A stretch of DNA of 62,227 nucleotides, counting the filler, from Collodictyon triciliatum (taxonomy: Eukaryota), in assembly GCA_043381765.1 (NCBI GenBank). It is 21 parts of 21 records of this genome, joined end to end, with 100 filler letters (N's around TTAATTAATTAA, not from the genome) between each part and the next. Parts side by side here need not be neighbours in the genome. Positions count along the whole stretch, not along the records: positions 1 to 2,872 come from JBHJMP010008153.1; positions 2,973 to 5,844 come from JBHJMP010008154.1; positions 5,945 to 8,816 come from JBHJMP010008155.1; positions 8,917 to 11,789 come from JBHJMP010008156.1; positions 11,890 to 14,759 come from JBHJMP010008157.1; positions 14,860 to 17,729 come from JBHJMP010008158.1; 15 more parts are not named here. One strand, given 5' to 3'. Under the pieces are notes generated by a model that saw only the letters and a program-made list of their open reading frames with translations, did not search any database and had not been told where the DNA came from. Each line of letters begins with the position of its first letter. Position 1 is the first letter of the stretch. Below, one piece after another: positions 1 through 15,039 of this stretch. The position numbers and the translations under genes are program-made.

Positions 1-101
1 GAAAAGAAAAGAAAAGAAAAGAAAAGAAAAGAAAAGAAAAGAAAAGAAAAGAAAAGAAAAGAAAAGAAAAGAAAAGAAAAGAAAAGAAAAGAAAAGAAAA
101 G
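1..101 (+). repeat. (GAAAA)n microsatellite at contig end
   Basis: Read directly. Most contigs in the window end in similar simple repeats. Confidence 0.97.
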
Positions 102-220
102 ATTAAAAAATTATATTCATTTATCTGGCTCTAAGCCAATTGGTCTACCATATGCCTTTATTCTAGTCATCTGTAAAGTGAGGCATTCTCGTCATATACT
201 AACGCAAAAAATCGATGCAG

Positions 221-2441
221 GTTATGCGCGAGACTGTTTATTTGGTGGACCATATTAAAAAGAAGGTCGATGAATCCAACTCGGTCGAAGACTTGGTGCG
301 ACTTATAAAGTCTGTTAGAGATGCGCACCAGGTAATACTCATTTCAAGATGCGTGCTAATGTTATTGCAAAATAAAAAAAATAATTGGTCGTTGAAAATA
401 AAGGATTCGATGTCAATAGACGAGGCCATGAACAATGATTCAAATTTCTTTTTCTTTCATTTCCTAAAGGAGTTCCAGCACGAAATAGACTTTGAATTAT
501 TATAATACAACAGATTTTAGAGCCAGTTCAAAATATTTCATTGCCCCAAACCACACCACCGGGTGTTGCGTCTGCTTCACAAAAAGATGAGAAACGCACT
601 TCTTTGTCCTTGAGTTCTAGTGGACAAGAAAAGACGGTTCAAAGGCCAGGACAGCGCTTCGACCAAAAACGTTTCAGCATCTCCCGTTCAAGTCTGCATG
701 CCTCAATTCGCTTTCCTGATTCACAAATGCTGCAGAAGGCCTTCGCTGCTGAGCAGAGGGTCGTTTCATCTCAAGAATTGAAACTAGAAGCGTCAAAGAC
801 TGCCAAAACTTTGGTAAATCGTTGAATTACATCTATCTATGATATATCTTTGTGTCCTGTTCCCTTCCCCTCTCTCCTAGAGTTTCAGACAATATTTTGT
901 ACATTTTAATTCGCTTAATTCAATAACGTGCATTTCCTATGGTAGATGCAGGTTTAGTTTTTATAATTTTATGATTCTAATAGTCGAGCTCAATCCCAAC
1001 CAATATTGCGGCCAATTACCTCAAAGAGCTTCGGAAAACCTCCAGCCTTGTCATCGAGGATATTCACAAGAATCTATCTTTATTACAGGTTTGTGCAAAT
1101 CACTAATCATTATAGAGAAAAATCGACTAATATGCATTGAAAAATGAATGCCTATATTATTTTCATAAATGTAATTCCTTTTTTCAACTACGTCGAACCA
1201 AACATTTATCAATGCCTCTCAAAAATCGTCAAAAAAAAATAGAGACGTGTTGGGGAAATCAAGGAAGTGACAAGTGCCCTCGGCATTCTGCGACTTCTTG
1301 ATGAACTCAAGAAGGTACATGTCGACGTTTATTAATACCATTATCTTCTGCTGTTCATACAACCACTCTATTCATCATATTTGAGAAAACGCTAACATGC
1401 TTCTGCTGTTTAATCCTGCAAAGCCTCTGTATAAATTTCCTGGAAAGGGAAATCTGCAGCAGTTGAGAGTCAAGTTTATGACGATTCAGGACGGATTCTA
1501 TCGCGTATTTTTCTTATCCAACCTTTTGTGTTGCGGATCAATCCAACGCCTGTTTTGCTAGAACAAGGCCAATTGTACTCCGTTTTAGGTTGTCATCGTC
1601 GTTCTCGATGATATAATCAACCGTTTCAAATTATTGCGCACTGCTCTTGACAAGGTCAATATGGTGGAAGAGGCACTTCCTCTCGCAAAAAACTTGAATG
1701 ACATCCGTTCGGTATGGAAAGCATCATGCTTCCTTATCTTCTCATTTGAGTTTATAGTCGTTTCCAGGTCTTTAAACCATTTAATATTCTTATTCTGAAA
1801 CGTTTATAAATAATAGATTCTAGGTAGCTACTTCAGGAAGGTGACTTCAAGTCATGGGGCGCAGCAACCTCGGTCTGCTCGCAGTTCTCTGAGCTATCAA
1901 GACTCCAATTCGTTCTCTAAGCCGGTGCGTTTATTTGTAAATCACTGTAACAACAACAATAATAACCGAAATTATCTTTATGATTGGGTTTCTACTTTTT
2001 ATTATGATTTGTTCATCAAAAGAAAAAAAAGTAGTTCACTGGCTTCTCAAATTTGTTCAACACAGAAGCACTCATGGACTGATCCAAAATATATTGACTA
2101 ACTGACTTTTAAGATGATAATGACTACTCCTCGAGGCGGCCATACAGCTGTAGAATCTTCTTCTCCTCAAGTTAGAGATATGACAATAGTATCGTTGGAG
2201 ACCATTATCAGCGAAATGAAGAAAGTATAAATGGGGCCTTTTACTTTAATATCATGAATATGTCTACTGCTTATATTAGAACGAATTGCACGCATCAGCT
2301 TAAAAATATCCCAAATATAAGTGTTGCGAAGATGGCGGGCTACAGAAAGAAGCAGAAGTGAACCTTACCATGGACAAGAAACTAATTAAGCTCCAGCAAC
2401 TCGTGCGGAAAGACCTTGAGGAATCAAAGACGGCTGCTGAC
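221..2441 (+). CDS. Internal exons of an uncharacterised alpha-helical/coiled-coil protein
   Basis: In-frame exons with AG/GT flanks: VMRETVYLVDHIKKKVDES..., ILEPVQNISLPQTT...KTAKTL, SSSIPTNIAANYLKELRK..., RRVGEIKEVTSALGILRLLDELKK, VVIVVLDDIINRFKLLRTALDKV..., LQQLVRKDLEESKTAAD. No family recognised. Confidence 0.65.
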
Positions 2442-2872
2442 TGTTAGTTTCAAACACGAGTTTCAGCCGACAAGAAGAAACAAAAGAAAAAGAAAAAGAA
2501 AAAACAAAAGAAAAAGAAAAAGAAAAAACAAAAGAAAAAGAAAAAGAAAAAGAAAAAGAAAAAGAAAAAGAAAAAGAAAAAGAAAAAGAAAAAGAAAAAG
2601 AAAAAGAAAAGAAAAGAAAAAGAAAAAGAAAAAAAAAAAGCAAAAGCAAAAGCAAAAGAAAAAGAAAAAGAAAAAAAACAACACAAAAATATATAAAAAA
2701 TACACGCCATTCCCCACCAAGCTCTTCTCGAACATGCCAAATAAACTGAAATGAAACCGAAAAAAGAAACAACACAAAAAACACAAAAAACACAAAAAAC
2801 ACAAAAAACACAAAAACAACAGAAAGAAAAGCAATTCAAAGAAAAGGCAAGATTTTTTTTTTTTTTTTACAA

Positions 2873-2972
2873 NNNNNNNNNNNNNNNNNNNNNNNNNNNN
2901 NNNNNNNNNNNNNNNNTTAATTAATTAANNNNNNNNNNNNNNNNNNNNNNNNNNNNNNNNNNNNNNNNNNNN
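2873..2972. other. Artificial contig linker N44-TTAATTAATTAA-N44 (stop codons in all six frames); first of 20 copies, about every 2.97 kb
   Basis: The same 100-nt block recurs at 5845, 8817, 11790, 14760, 17730, 20699, 23667, 26631, 29646, 32610, 35574, 38536, 41499, 44461, 47422, 50383, 53343, 56303 and 59263. Intervening contigs are about 2860-2915 nt. Confidence 0.99.
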
Positions 2973-3424
2973 AAAAAGCAATAAAAAAAGCAATAAAAAA
3001 AGCAATAAAAAAAGCAATAAAAAAAGCAATAAAAAAAGCAATAAAAAAAGCAATAAAAAAAGCAATAAAAAAGGAATAAAAAGCAAAAAAGAATAAGTAA
3101 GCAGTAATATCATTTGGAATAGGCAGTATACTGTTAACTTGGTACAATCGAAAACGCTTCTGCAAGAAAATATGATGCAGTTTTCTCCTGTTCACGAATA
3201 TCATGTATCTCACACTTCGAAATGTTAATTAAGAGAAGATGGCCACCCTTCTTACCTCTCATACAAAACTTTGTATTGCACACGAAATGATACGCCTTGT
3301 AACCTAAATCAGCCGAGAAGCAAAGAAAAAAACTTTTTATCACATCTCCTTAAATAAGTTATTTTTTTAAAAGCTAACAAGTCAATACCACAGAAAAAGA
3401 AACTATTTGCAGAGAAGAAAGGCG

Positions 3425-5582
<2,158 letters not shown>

Positions 5583-5750
5583 GTGAACCACTTTCTACTT
5601 TTGTGTGCTTTTTTTTTTTGATATTTTCGTTAGAATTATTAGCAATATCATCCTATCAATGGACAATCATCTCTTTATTTTTCTACTTTGAAAAATTAAT
5701 GGGTAAACACTCGTGATGTTCACCGCACCTAAATTCTTTTTGTTATTTTT

Positions 5751-5844
5751 CATACATACATACATACATACATACATACATACATACATACATACATACA
5801 TACATACATACATACATACATACATACATACATACATACATACA
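5751..5844 (+). repeat. (CATA)n microsatellite
   Basis: Read directly. Confidence 0.97.
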
Positions 5845-5949
5845 NNNNNNNNNNNNNNNNNNNNNNNNNNNNNNNNNNNNNNNNNNNNTTAATTAATTAA
5901 NNNNNNNNNNNNNNNNNNNNNNNNNNNNNNNNNNNNNNNNNNNNGTTTC

Positions 5950-8176
5950 AATATCCCCTTGGAGCAGTATTAAATTTGAAGATGACACACCTAAGTTTCT
6001 GTGTTGAATAATTTAAGTACGGGAGTGAAAATATCTTTTATTGGTGAATAGTATAGGGAATTTAGAGCTGAATAACCTTTCTATGATATTCCAAGAATCA
6101 GCTCTTTGAACAATAAGCATGGAAAAGGCTAGAAGATATTGCTTTGAAATGGCATCAGATATGGAATAACCTGGAGTATGATTGTGATTCATTTGAGGCT
6201 AAATCAAAAATGAGGAAAAAAAGAAGAAGAAACAAGTATGTCATTAGACGGGTGTGTGAGACACAAACATGAGTTCTCGTAATCTGGACAGAAGAGTATA
6301 GCAACATAAGGATTCATTAGAACTTCATTTTCAATCTCAACTATCGTTTCCACAATCTTGAGTGGAGTGCTTGATAATCTATTCAGAGTAAACATATATG
6401 TTTTAGCTGGAAATTAACGCGGTCACGCGAATATATCATGTATCACAAAAAAGCCTTAAAAGAAAATCTATTCACTTTTCAATTTGATTTTGCATCACTC
6501 TAGGATATGATGACATGCTGATGCGATAAAAGAATCCAAATCTTTTCAATTAAAGTATAATAAGTAACTTGATTATTCACTAAAAAGATATCTTATCTAT
6601 CATATAACTTTTTGATAACATTTAAGAATATTTTATGCATGGAAAAAGGAATATCATAGATGTGTATTGCACATGTACCACAGAGTAAATAATAGTGCAA
6701 TTTTTTTTCATACGATCTTACAATATATTATATCATTTTTTAACAGTAAATATTTTACCGATAAAGCTTCAGAGAGGGATGTATCTGAAACTCTTCTTTT
6801 TGAAGTACACGATTTTGGAATGCAAGATTTATCAACACAGTTCGAACGTCCTTTTCCAAACATAAATAAAAGGATGTAAATACATATATTTTTAAAAATT
6901 AATTAATGTGATAGAAACGACAGAAGTATAAAAATGTAATTCATAAAACTCATAAAGATTGCTATTTCAATCGTTTTAATTTTTCTTTTTACAAATATTA
7001 CCGTATCTTTAAAGCGAGAAAATAGTTCAACAATAGATGGGAATATGCTATCATGTGCAGAAGACCCTAGTAATGTTAACGTAATGGCATTAAAAAAATA
7101 CATCAGGCCAACTATGTGTACAAATTTTCTTTGTGAAAAATTATTCTATCCATACGAAGATGAAACATACATGACTGATAATAGTAGGCAAGATAAATGA
7201 AGCTGTGGTTCGAATATAGCAATGGGTGAGTAATAGAGTCAAAAAAGTGTAGTTGAACAGGGCATTCAAGTATTGTTTCGTTTGACACATAGATATCACT
7301 CAGGCTTCTTTGAGGAATGGGTTGTTCCAATCCATAGCTATTTGGCTGAGAAACTGGATTATATCCATCCGCATTTTCGTCATTCTTTTTTACCTCTGCA
7401 AGGGCAGCAGTGTGTTCAACTGTATTTCCAGGGTTTTTCAACTCGGTAATCTTCGACAAAATTTCCATGATTTGTGGATTATTTCGGCCTAGCTGTACCA
7501 GTTGCAGCAAGATTGGAGATAGATTTTGCGTGTCAGCTTGCAGGGTTGTCACCTTCTCTTCAGTAGTTTCCTTAATATAAGGATCAGAATCCGGCAGTTC
7601 ATCGCTGGTAGCAAGTAAAGGCTCGTGGTTTGGTGCTGGCATCGGTTTCACAGAAGAGATGCCGTCGAGGATTGAATGTTCTTCCAATTGGATGTGCATG
7701 GTATCAGATTTGGCGTCTGTGTTTGCGTCTCTGTATTTGTCTGTGTCTGTGTCTGTGTCTGTGTCTGTGTCTGTGTCTGTGTCTGTGTCTGTGTCTGTGT
7801 CTGTGTCTGTGTCTGTGTCTGTGTCTGTGTCTGTGTTTGCATTTGGCTCTGCAGTTTTAATTATATCTGGAGTGGATTTAACATCTACATCTGTGATTAA
7901 ATGTATAATATCATTTGTAATTGGGACAGTGTTAGCATTTGCGAGTTCCAAGCCAGCACACATACTTTGCGTTTGCGTCTGCGACTGAGCCCCTGTCAAG
8001 GACTGCACAGACCCGGTCTCTGGCTTTGCAGCGTGGATTTGATCAGAGAGTTTGTTTCCTGTGGGAAGGATCGACTCATGTGCCCGCAGTTGAGGAACAA
8101 GCAATAGGAGAAGCACAAGAACCGCGCTGGCTGGGCGAGAGGCTCCCCAGCAAAGGCAAAGGTTCATATGCTTCAT
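5950..8176 (-). CDS. Putative secreted protein with signal peptide, Asp-Thr repeat and further 3' exons
   Basis: ORF 8176-7112 starts MKHMNLCLCWGASRPASAVLVLLLLLVPQLRAHE (hydrophobic leader). (GTCTGT)n encodes a run of about 15 DT units. Candidate downstream exons DVRTVLINLAFQNRVLQKEEFQIHPSLKLYR and RLSSTPLKIVETIVEIENEVLMNPYVAILFCPDYE. The 3' exon structure is approximate. Confidence 0.6.
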
Positions 8177-8470
8177 GGGCGATCTATGAGTTTAGTGGGT
8201 CAGCTTCTCCCTGGTTTAAGGCGCGTTTATATCATTGTTTTTATTCTGTGGTTGCCACGAATCCTGTGGATCGATTTATGATCAAGTGGCAAACTCTAAT
8301 GAGCAAATTGGTGCTTGGAGACACCGGGCGTCATCAGATGTGCGCTTCCTTTGTCAATATATCGTAATTATAATATGGTAATAAAAATATGGTACATTTT
8401 ATTCCGGATAGTTCTTTTTTTTTTCTTCCTTTCAATTTGTGCATGATGGGGAGGTCTTAGCTTTGATTCG

Positions 8471-8816
8471 CTAGCCATCGTTTGCATGGACGCTCCTTGG
8501 TGGCCGGGTGGCGGATGAGTAGTCGGTAATCAGGGATTGCATCATGCAGTTTGGCCTGTAACCTGGGTCTTGTGCTTGCATGAGAGAGGTAAGACGTGGT
8601 TTAATCTCTTTCTCAGCCTCTTTCCACATGTCTCTTCTCACGGGGTCTGAGTAGTAGAGAATGTACAGGTGGCGAAGGAAACTGTTGAGAAAAGAGATTT
8701 GTATGATGTCATCCAATCTATTATCAGGAATGGGTGGCTGGTTGTTGAGTATTGCTTTGCGTGAGTATATGCGTGCTATCCACATAGTCCATAGCAAATG
8801 GCCTCGCGTCACTGCC
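8471..8816 (-). mobile_element. Probable C-terminus of a non-LTR retrotransposon (L1/Tx1-like) ORF2
   Basis: Intronless, C/A-rich coding strand running off the contig. GHLLWTMWIAR resembles the WxIWxxR motif near the end of L1-clade ORF2. This contig end has no microsatellite, as expected for a break in a dispersed repeat. Confidence 0.45.
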
Positions 8817-9051
8817 NNNNNNNNNNNNNNNNNNNNNNNNNNNNNNNNNNNNNNNNNNNNTTAATTAATTAANNNNNNNNNNNNNNNNNNNNNNNNNNNN
8901 NNNNNNNNNNNNNNNNAAAAGAAAAGAAAAGAAAAGAAAAGAAAAGAAAAGAAAAGAAAAGAAAAGAAAAGAAAAGAAAAGAAAAGAAAAGAAAAGAGAA
9001 GAAAAGAAAATGAAAAAAAGACATCATACATGCATTAATAATCCGATTTAC

Positions 9052-10158
9052 CTGTGACATGAGTCGTAGGTAGCTTGGTCACAAAATAGCTCATCCCGCC
9101 CCATAGATACCAGAGATGTGGCAAATGTTAGAGCCTACAAGATATTTTCATGAACCATTTTATGAATGGATGTAATGTGTGGTAAATTTCCACAGGGTTA
9201 ATACCTCTCCAATCATTGCATACTCTTTGCGCGTTGTGTTGCCAATAGTGCCACAGAATATTTTACCTGAGAATATATTTTTTCTCGATGAATCAAGAAG
9301 CATACTAATCAACAAATCAAATAAGAATGTCCGTGGGTAGTGATGCAACCTGTAGCTATTCCAAAGCAGCTTTTCAAAATGTTTGTTTTCTTCCCAAACA
9401 TCGCTCCCCAGTCGAGCTTCCCGAGAGACTCTCTTATTTCCATCGAGGCACGAACTGCACGAAATGGATCATCTTCGTGGGATTGCGGAGGTAGACCAAA
9501 GCCGGCAACGATGGTAAGACCCTTTTGATGCATAAATCATTTCAGGGAAGTAAGGAGGGCTAATACCAGAGCCTTTTCTGAATAAATATGTCGTTCTTTA
9601 CTCTAAAGATATTTTATCCTTATAATATTGTGTTACTTTTGCGTTAACAAAAAATTGATTGATGGTTCCTTCATAGCGACGTATGGCGGTCTAAATAATG
9701 CATGCTCAGTATTTCCCAAAATTCTGTGCTATTTTTCTTCGATAAACAGAAAAAAGAAAAGGAAAAGAACAAAAATAGCACATAAACTGGATAAAAGGAG
9801 GACGAAACATGTACTTGGACGAGACATGTAAACTTCTGTGCTTTCTCAACTTCCTCCATCATCATGTAGTCAAGTTCGGGAAAGTTAACCACCATCACAG
9901 ACACTGTACGGGCTTCGTTAGAAAACCATCCAAAATTGCCTGTAGCAGCCCTACATATAGAATAGCATAAGTTTACTAGACAAATTCAGAAAGAATTTGG
10001 TCAACGTTAAGTATCGCGAGTTGTGATGTTTTCTCAATAACGTACTGCCCGAGTATGTAGCGAATAGGCCTGGAGATAAACCCAGCAAAAAGTCCTACAA
10101 TCTGGAGTCTATCCCCATCACTAGAATACGTGCATTTCTTTAATGGGCTGTGTTCACT

Positions 10159-10242
<84 letters not shown>

Positions 10243-10966
10243 CTAGTAATAATAATATTTTTTTTTAAAAAAAAGTCTCGTTCATTTATGAGACTGAAAT
10301 CATTTACTATATAAATATTGTTATGAATCCACGGGAAACGGTTTCTGACCTTTTCTTATCAAATATACTGATGTTTTTCTCGACTGGTCTTATATCGAGG
10401 TGTTCTCGAATATCGTCCAACCTTGTATCAGCCGATTTTAATTCTACACCAGTGCAGTAGTCCTACAATACAAATTAAACGTAAGAAGAGTATAATGAAC
10501 ATGAGCATAACGCCTGTAATTCAAAAATACACAAATAAATGTGATACATGAAAGCACAATAAATTATACCTGTATTTCATTCCAGGTTTCCCACGAGCAG
10601 ACAACCTTTACCATGAAAGCAAATTGCAATAAATTAATACAAAATATACATAAGATTTTTTTGGTAGTTATATTGGATGGTAGATAAAATAAGTTTCAGT
10701 ACTTGTCCAGCCTGCCCTTGCTCGGCCGCATTGCTCATCTGGAGGAGGGGATGGCCTGCCAAGACAAGCTCCCACATCCCCCCAACACCGCCGAGACGCT
10801 GAGCCCATACATCACCGGCGCCAATTCCAACAACCAGAGACATTTTAAAATCACCGACGAGATTGTAATTGTGGAGTTTCTTGGACTAATGCGCATTAAA
10901 CATCGATGTTGTAATTTCATCGTTCACTGCTAGAGCAAAACGAGAAAAAAAGGAGAAAAAGAGCAA

Positions 10967-11036
<70 letters not shown>

Positions 11037-11591
11037 AAACACAGCCAAATAGACTAATACACACCATGTACACTGCGCACTGGGCAGCTCTTCGGCATGC
11101 TTCGGATAGAGACACTTCTGTAGACGCGTTGACATCACCATCGATCGAAGGCTTTAATTATGTAAGATTAAAGCTAATTCTTTTCGATTCTTGATTCAAT
11201 TAATCTTGAGAGTGGTTGAAAGATTAAACAAAAAATGAAATAAAATAAGAGATTCTTCAACCAACCTCCGCTTCCCATATTGCAAAAAGAGAGTTTCCTG
11301 TAACTTTAATTATGTCGCCGTCGAATTTTGCGACGGAATCAATAATCAAACTAAAGTATTGGTTGAACAAATTCGCCAAAAGCTCTGTAATAACTTCGCC
11401 CTGTTCAGGTTCGCTCTAAATGGTAACAATAAACAAATTATTCCCAAGATGACGATAATCTTAAAATATCGGACCATCGGAGAGCATTTACCTCTGATGT
11501 GTGTTTGGAATTCTTGTCTTGGGAAGTCGATGAACGAGCAGTAATATGTGAAAATCCGTCGATCTTTGTGTATAAACAAGCAACAGGGATT
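9052..11591 (-). CDS. Soluble adenylyl cyclase (ADCY10)-like C1+C2 region, catalytically degenerate (gene fragment)
   Basis: Spliced exons: ACLYTKIDGFSHIT, FNQYFSLIIDSVAKFDGDIIKVTGNSLFAIWE, SLVVGIGAGDVWAQRLGGVGGMWELVLAGHPLLQMSNAAEQGQAGQV, NEARTVSVMVVNFP, RRYEGTINQFFVNAKGLTIVAGFGLPPQSHEDDPFRAV, GIATG, IFCGTIGNTTRKEYAMIGE. These follow ADCY10 motif order. Confidence 0.88.
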
Positions 11592-11889
11592 CTATAGATA
11601 TTCCAAATTTAAAATTCTCTCAATACCATGCAGCAGATTCGGGTCCATACAGATTAATATTAAATATGTAAAGCTGCTCAAATCAATCAGAAATGTAACA
11701 TGAGTGACAAAGAAAAAGAAAAAAGAAAAGAAAAAAGAAAAGAAAAAAGAAAAGAAAAAAGAAAAGAAAAAGAAAAGAAAAAAGAAAAGNNNNNNNNNNN
11801 NNNNNNNNNNNNNNNNNNNNNNNNNNNNNNNNNTTAATTAATTAANNNNNNNNNNNNNNNNNNNNNNNNNNNNNNNNNNNNNNNNNNNN

Positions 11890-11985
<96 letters not shown>

Positions 11986-11999
11986 TTTCGTTGACAAAC

Positions 12000-14600
12000 C
12001 TATCAACATAAAAACTGGCACTGGAACATCCAATAAAATGAGCAAAAACGCTGGTGTTGTTTCTCTGGCTTAATGTTTGATACACAGCTGCCATAATTGA
12101 TGTCTTTCCAAAACCTTCATTTGATGGCAGACTGAAAATTAGATAATATAGTCTTTTGGAATGAAAAAAAAACTCTTCGAATAAAATGTTGAGCGAACAG
12201 TAATTAATAAATTACCAGAGTCTGCTATCATGACTATTGGAGCATTTATATGTTTTCCAGATACGAAATCAGCCTGTGTATCAAGAAATTTGTTTATTAG
12301 ATTTAACAAAAAAAAAAAGTCAAAGAGGACAGTTTTTTTTTTGTTCAATCCACCTGTATGGTATGCCATCAATCAAAAAAAAAAAAATAGAGCGAATATG
12401 TTTAGGAAAAATTTAATGTTACTTTTGCAATTATTTCAGTAATAGATTTTTCTCGGCCTTCAAAACTCATTAATCTGCTGTTGATTAAACGGGCGTGGTA
12501 AAAGTCCTCTGATTTTATAAACTAGGGGATGTGTATGAGTTCGGAACAGAGCACTCATTTAAAGGGCATATACTATTAAAGAGATGAAAAATGCGATTGG
12601 CGTCTTATGTTGAAAGCGTATATTAAAATTGGCTTTAGAAAATAATCATCCAAAAGAAAAAGGAAACCTCTTGTTCTCCAAAATCAAATGTTATTTGATT
12701 TTGAATATCTTGTACAAGCAAGTCGACAAAATGCTCGTGTCCCTGATACATTTTTACTGAAAAATGGGCTTTAATGAGTTTCTTGAGCCGCTCTTGCTTT
12801 GATCCCTAATCAATTTGTTCATAATTACGTTGAAAAGAATGAATTTGGTTGAGAGGATATTAAGAAATTATATTAAAAAGGTTTCATTTAAATTGCTTCT
12901 ACGGTTATCTTAAGATTTGGGTCATCATATTCACTCAACAAACGCAAGAGCACATGAATTAAATCCAGTGACAGTCAGAATACATCACATACGTCAGCTT
13001 CACTCAAAGGTGTCATTAAAGCTGCTTCATCAGGGTAACTTGCATTTTTCATAGCATAATCATGGTCTCTGAAGTAGAAGAATGCCCTATAAGTCGTCGT
13101 TTTTTCACGAAAAACTGCGCAGTGTACCTTAATATATGGTTTATTTTATTTGCTTTGATGACATATAAATTGTTGTGATTGTGTCGAATTTTCTTTTAAT
13201 AAAGCGTCAGTACAAAGTAGAAACAATTAGAAAATAATGCCTCATATTCGGTAACACTTCTATCTGGAATATCCTTCAGAAATGGGAAAAGGAAGTCGGT
13301 TGCAGGGTCCCATTCATTTGGATTATCTCTGCAAGGAATCCATCCGTATCTTGCGCCCAGGAAGCACACAAAATATGGACAGCTGCTGATTGATTCGCAG
13401 CAGCGGGTTACTACCTAGGTTATGCGCACCCAAATATCGGTTATCTTGAAAATGCAATCAACTCGATTCAATAAAGTGAACGAAAGTGACACATCTTCGC
13501 TTGCTTTCCATAATTCCATCAAGATACCTTTCCAGATGCGCTCTCTTGTCCAGTGAGTCCCCACCTTAAGTCTATGAAAACTAGCTCAAGGTGGTATTTT
13601 CTGGCGTGTACTTTCAGCCTACGCAGCGATGTATTCATTAGAGTGCCAATAAAAGGAACTGGCTATTGACCAACTAAATGGATCATAAGGTCTTGAAATC
13701 AGAAGAAATAGTTTGGTTTCGTATGCTGATGTATTATTGAGGGTATTACTCGCTTGCACCATAGCGAAAGAAATGGTCTCTTTCATGCTGCATGTCGCGG
13801 AAGGTCGAAGATAGAAACACACGCAACACACCAGATTGGGAAACAACTGGTGGTATTGGCGATTGGGACAAAGCTGTGAACTTTGATGCAACCCCTTGCA
13901 TCGATGCTGAAAAAAGATTGGAAAATGATGCTTCGATCTGGCCCTGGAACACAGAGCCGTCTTGTGTCCGAGCTGAAGGGTTCATCATGGGAGAAAGCGG
14001 AGAAAAGGGGGCAGGCAAAGCAAAAGGTGGGCGAATGGATGCGGCTCTGTTTCTTTGAGTCCTTTTTCCTTTCTTTGGTGATGCAGGCAGCGATTGTGTC
14101 TGACTCAGGAGCAAAGACGGGATATTTGATGTCGAGGAAGTCTTGGATTTGTTTCCTGGGTCGACTCCTTTGCCCCGTGTTTGCAAGAGAAGAGGAAGTG
14201 AAACAGAATTCAACAGAATGGGCTTAATCTGCTGCGGCATGTCGTGGCTAGAGTGTGAGGATGGACTTGTGATGGAACGCATACGCTGCGAATTGACAGA
14301 TGATGACTTTGGTAGAGTCGCACGTTCTGTCGAGTTTGTTGGTGTGCCTGGTGTGGTGGGTGCGGAGCGGATCGAGTCATTTTCACTGTGCCTCGTTGAT
14401 TGTGATAAACGTCGGTGTGGAGTGGGTGGGGAGAGCGGGACTGAGTCGGCATAGGTGTTGTTGTGTTGTGTATCCAAGGCAGGGACGGACTCTGCTGCAC
14501 TGGCTCGGCGTTGCGTGTCTTGGCCTCGGGAGGTTGAATTCTTTGAGCTTTCCTGGGAGTCTCCGTGGTTTGCTTGTGGAACGGAGCTGCCAGAGCCCAT
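12000..14600 (-). CDS. DUF4062 + NACHT-type P-loop protein (NPHP3/TTC41/TEP1-like STAND), likely N-myristoylated, long Ser-rich N-terminus
   Basis: MGSGSS start; LRVFLSSTFRDMQHERD; FIDLRWG; PYFVCFLGARYGWIP; SVTEYEV; AFFYFRD; FEGREKSITEIIAK; Walker A IADSGFGKTS; HFIGCS. Confidence 0.9.
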
Positions 14601-15039
14601 TGAGCTGGCGAACGTTTTGTTTTTTGTTTTGTTTATTGTTTTGTTTAATGTTTTGTTTTTTTTTTGTTTTTTGTTTTTTGTTTTTTGTTTTTTGTTTTTT
14701 GTTTTTTGTTTTTTGTTTTTTGTTTTTTGTTTTTTGTTTTTTGTTTTTTGTTTTTTGTTNNNNNNNNNNNNNNNNNNNNNNNNNNNNNNNNNNNNNNNNN
14801 NNNTTAATTAATTAANNNNNNNNNNNNNNNNNNNNNNNNNNNNNNNNNNNNNNNNNNNNTTTTATTTATTTTATTTATTTTATTTATTTTATTTATTTTA
14901 TTTATTTTATTTATTTTATTTATTTTATTTATTTTATTTATTTTATTTATTTTATTTTTTTGGTTTCTTTTCAACAGTTTATTTTTTTATTTATTAAATA
15001 TGATGCAGATGAGAAACGTGAGTGCATAGAGCTAATAGT

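Noticed and set aside
1485-1510. GA-AG intron (CAG|gacgga)
   Set aside because: An in-frame GT donor (CGC|gtattt) lies 15 nt downstream, so no non-canonical donor is needed.
2386-2839. Lys/Arg-rich or Phe-rich ORFs here and at many other contig ends
   Set aside because: These are translations of intronic or intergenic microsatellites.
2917-2928. Regularly spaced TTAATTAATTAA as a biological repeat or CRISPR-like array
   Set aside because: It is always embedded in N44...N44, so it is an assembly linker.
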